Assembly (NCBI GenBank): GCA_963847325.1
Contig: CAWJZD010000003.1
Coordinates: 70,753 to 134,752 of the forward strand
Source of the DNA: an uncultured Alphaproteobacteria bacterium
Lineage (GTDB): Bacteria; Pseudomonadota; Alphaproteobacteria; Rhizobiales; Xanthobacteraceae
Length of the DNA stretch: 64,000 bases
Direction: 5' to 3'
Under the pieces are notes generated by a model, which was given only the letters and a program-made list of their open reading frames with translations, made no database searches and was not told where the DNA came from. Positions 61,566-64,000 of this stretch are shown here, piece by piece. Made by a program: the position numbers and the translations under genes. How positions within the stretch are numbered: position 1 is the first letter of the stretch; each line of letters opens with the position of its first letter.

Positions 61566-62849
61566 CTACTTCGTCGTTGTTTTCTTGAGGAATTCGACCA
61601 GCGCCGCGCGGTCTTCTGCCGAGCCGATCTGCTGCTCCGGCATCTTGGTGCCCGGCGTGTATTCCATCGGGCCGATTTCAAACAGTTTGGACACGGTCTC
61701 CGGAGTCCAGACGATATCGAGCTTTTTGAGCGCCTCGGAAAAATTGTAGCCCGCCAGGGAAGCGATGCGGCGTCCGAAGATGCCGTGCAGGGTCGGACCC
61801 GCGCGATTGCCTTCGTCCGGCGAAAGCGTGTGACAGGCGACACAGGCGCGGTAAACCTCGGCGCCGCGATCGCCGGCATGCGCGGCGAGCGGATCTTCCG
61901 CGACGGCCAGCGCCACCATGCCGATGTGGTCGCCGCTGATGGCGTCCCAGCGGCGCACCATGCGATCGGTGCCGCCCGTTACAAGTGTGCGGCTGTCCGG
62001 CATGAAGGCCGCCGCCCAGACCGGGAGACCCGGGCCGACCAGGGTACGATCGAGCTTTCGCGACGCGCGATCGATGATGCCGACCGAGCCGCGAATTGCC
62101 GCCGCGGCGACGAGCTTGCCGTCGGCCGATACGGCGACGCTGATGACCGGCGACTCGGTCGCCGCCACTTCGCCCTTCGCCTCACCGGTGGACGAAAAGA
62201 ACAGCACGCGCCCATCGGCCGCGCCGACGACAATCTCGCCATCGCGCGCGACCGCGACTGAGTTGAGCGGGCTTGCAATCGTGACGATGGTGGCCGCGCC
62301 GCCGTCGAGCGGCCAGATCCGGAGCTGCGGATCGTAGCTGACGCTGACGAGGGACTTTCCATCCGGGCTGAACGCGACGCCGTTGACGTTCTGCTGATGG
62401 CCTTCGAGCACTTTGGCGTCGCCGCCTGCGGCCGACCAGATGCGGACCGTGCGGTCCCACGACGCAGATGCGATCTGTTTTCCGTCAGACGAGACGGCGA
62501 GCGATACGATCGGCGCGGTGTGACCGGACAGGACCCGCGAGGGCTCCGCTGCACCCGCCTTCCAGATTGCGATCTTGCCGTCTTCGCCGCCGGTGACGAT
62601 GCCGCCGTCAGGCAAAAACGCGACCGCATTCACCGCGCTCTCGTGAAAGCGCAGCACCTGCTGCGCCGCGTTGCGCGATATCGACCACAGGATCGCGGAT
62701 GTATCGAAACTGCCCGAAATAGCGCTGCTGCCATCGGATGAGACCGCAAGCGCTTTCACCGGCCCGCCATGGCCGCGCAACTGTGCGTGACCGAGGCTCG
62801 GTGCAGCGACCAGGGCGATCAGGATTGCCGTAAGTAGCTGCCGCTTCAC
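61566..62849 (-). CDS. Exported WD40 beta-propeller fused to a class I cytochrome c
   Basis: Signal peptide, about 7 GH...W(D) repeats, and a C-terminal CVACH, GPTLHGIFGR, PGTKM. Confidence 0.9.
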   Translation of the reverse strand: MKRQLLTAILIALVAAPSLGHAQLRGHGGPVKALAVSSDGSSAISGSFDTSAILWSISRNAAQQVLRFHESAVNAVAFLPDGGIVTGGEDGKIAIWKAGAAEPSRVLSGHTAPIVSLAVSSDGKQIASASWDRTVRIWSAAGGDAKVLEGHQQNVNGVAFSPDGKSLVSVSYDPQLRIWPLDGGAATIVTIASPLNSVAVARDGEIVVGAADGRVLFFSSTGEAKGEVAATESPVISVAVSADGKLVAAAAIRGSVGIIDRASRKLDRTLVGPGLPVWAAAFMPDSRTLVTGGTDRMVRRWDAISGDHIGMVALAVAEDPLAAHAGDRGAEVYRACVACHTLSPDEGNRAGPTLHGIFGRRIASLAGYNFSEALKKLDIVWTPETVSKLFEIGPMEYTPGTKMPEQQIGSAEDRAALVEFLKKTTTK

Positions 62850-62906
62850 ACAGTTCTCCTCACCACTCCCCCGTAATTGCATTTAGCCATATGCCGCACC
62901 GCAATG

Positions 62907-62931
62907 GAAACCGAGTTCCCTCTCGCGCGTT
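62907..62931 (+). promoter_or_regulatory. Possible EcfG (general stress sigma) promoter
   Basis: GAAAC-N16-CGTT, one mismatch from GGAAC-N16/17-CGTT, about 30 nt upstream of ATG 62963. Confidence 0.4.
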
Positions 62932-62962
62932 GGTGAGCGAACCGTTGAGAGGAGAATGTGCC

Positions 62963-63568
62963 ATGCACAAGGCGCTTTGGCTGACGACTCTGACATCTGC
63001 GCTGCTGGCTTCGACCTATCTCGCCGCGCAGGAACCGAACAAGGCTGAAGCCGACCGGCAAAGCGCGCCTGCCCAGGCGCAGGGACCGTCCCAGACAACG
63101 GCGCCGATGGGCACAAATCCCGGCACGATGGGCGGCCAGCCGCAGGCGCCGATCGCCAATCAGGCTTCACCTGCAGACGTCGGTCCCGCTCAGGCGAATA
63201 CCGCGAACACCGGCAACAACAGCACTGGCTCGAACTGGCCGCTCGGCTCGACGCGCCAGACCGCGCCGTCCACTGTGTCGGCCGAGAACGACAAGCTCGA
63301 TAAGCTGCCGGTCATCGCCTATTCGTTCTGGCTGACCGACGCCGATAAGAAGATGATCATCGAGGGTGTGGCGAACGCGCCCAAGACAGACGTCAAGAAT
63401 GCGAAAGTCTCCGAACTACTTCCGCCGGGAGTGGAGAGCGTCGACTTTCCCGCCGACCTCACGCAGAAGCTGCCGATGGCCGGCCGGTACGAGTATGTCA
63501 AGCTGGGCGATCGCGTGCTCATCATCGAGCCCAACTTGAAGATCATCGTCGCCGAAGTTAAGAGCTAA
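62963..63568 (+). CDS. Secreted protein with low-complexity N-half and DUF1236-like C-domain
   Basis: GAGGAG RBS, signal peptide, Q/A/P/N/T-rich linker, then LP..V....P.....P....Y.YV.....VLI.EP....V. Confidence 0.72.
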   Translation: MHKALWLTTLTSALLASTYLAAQEPNKAEADRQSAPAQAQGPSQTTAPMGTNPGTMGGQPQAPIANQASPADVGPAQANTANTGNNSTGSNWPLGSTRQTAPSTVSAENDKLDKLPVIAYSFWLTDADKKMIIEGVANAPKTDVKNAKVSELLPPGVESVDFPADLTQKLPMAGRYEYVKLGDRVLIIEPNLKIIVAEVKS

Positions 63569-63585
63569 TCTAAAGTTGAGATGAG

Positions 63586-63619
63586 ACGCGCCCGCCGAAA
63601 GCGGGCGCGTTTTGCTTTT
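63586..63619 (+). terminator. Intrinsic terminator
   Basis: ACGCGCCCGC-CGAAA-GCGGGCGCGT-TTTGCTTTT. Confidence 0.8.
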
Positions 63620-63820
63620 AGAGCGAAAAAATTTGTGAGTGCCTCACCCAATCGGGCCATAGCCCCGGCCTATGGCGGTTTGAGCCGCGCAACATCGCAA
63701 CTTCCAAGCAGCGTGTTTTGCACCTCGACGGTCGCTGCAACAACTGACAATTGCCCAACATGGACGCCGAAACGCGCGCCTTTATAACTAGTGCGCACGT
63801 GCGTGCTGTTGGAATTGGCA

Positions 63821-64000
63821 ATGCAAGAGACCTCCGCGCTTCACATGGTGCTCACCGCCGACCCGGCGCTGATGACGATCGTGCGCCTGTCGCTGTTCGT
63901 GAGCCTGTCGGCCGCGCTGTTCGCCGGCATCATCGGCATTCCGTTGGGAGCGACAATCGCGCTCACGCGCTTTCCCGGCCGCACCAGTGTGATCGTCGTG
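63821..64000 (+). CDS. tupB: Tungstate ABC transporter permease (5' part; runs off the window edge)
   Basis: Manual translation MQETSALHMVLTADPALMTIVRLSLFVSLSAALFAGIIGIPLGATIALTRFPGRTSVIVV matches the TupB N-terminal pattern. Adjacent to the fdh island. Confidence 0.75.
   Translation, partial: MQETSALHMVLTADPALMTIVRLSLFVSLSAALFAGIIGIPLGATIALTRFPGRTSVIVV

Noticed and set aside
63620-63820. Moco/Wco riboswitch upstream of tupB
   Set aside because: Only a short GCCATAG/CTATGGC palindrome is evident. I could not find the multi-stem Moco architecture, so I treated it as a DNA operator candidate. A covariance-model search would settle it.

Overview
GC-rich alphaproteobacterial (Hyphomicrobiales, Xanthobacteraceae/Nitrobacteraceae-like) chromosomal region. 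I see no rRNA, tRNA, CRISPR array, prophage or transposase. All family assignments come from motif recognition and recall, not from database searches. Layout: (1) core block aroK / small ORF / xerD / accA / L,D-transpeptidase, with a guanidine-II riboswitch-controlled gdx (sugE) exporter between xerD and accA; (2) an ~18-kb uptake/catabolism tract with TTT, TRAP and two Liv-type ABC systems, a signal-less NMT1-fold protein, three tandem CE4/PuuE-like hydrolases and an amidase, followed by pyrE; (3) a cluster of amidohydrolases, a two-subunit TPP decarboxylase and Mur-box-preceded mntH; (4) a sigma54/NtrC-type urtABCDE-ureDA(x)BCEFG-potFGHI run containing an un-called 59-aa His-rich membrane peptide; (5) a periplasmic Mo/W formate dehydrogenase with a large uncharacterised accessory island that ends at a tungstate ABC permease. 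The best candidate for an undescribed system is the Cro-HTH/TorD chaperone fusion together with a recurring ATAG-N7-CTAT palindrome at its own promoter and upstream of tupB. The runner-up is the triple-CE4/amidase catabolic cassette. Roughly 20 frameshifts, mostly single-base insertions, look like long-read sequencing errors rather than pseudogenes.
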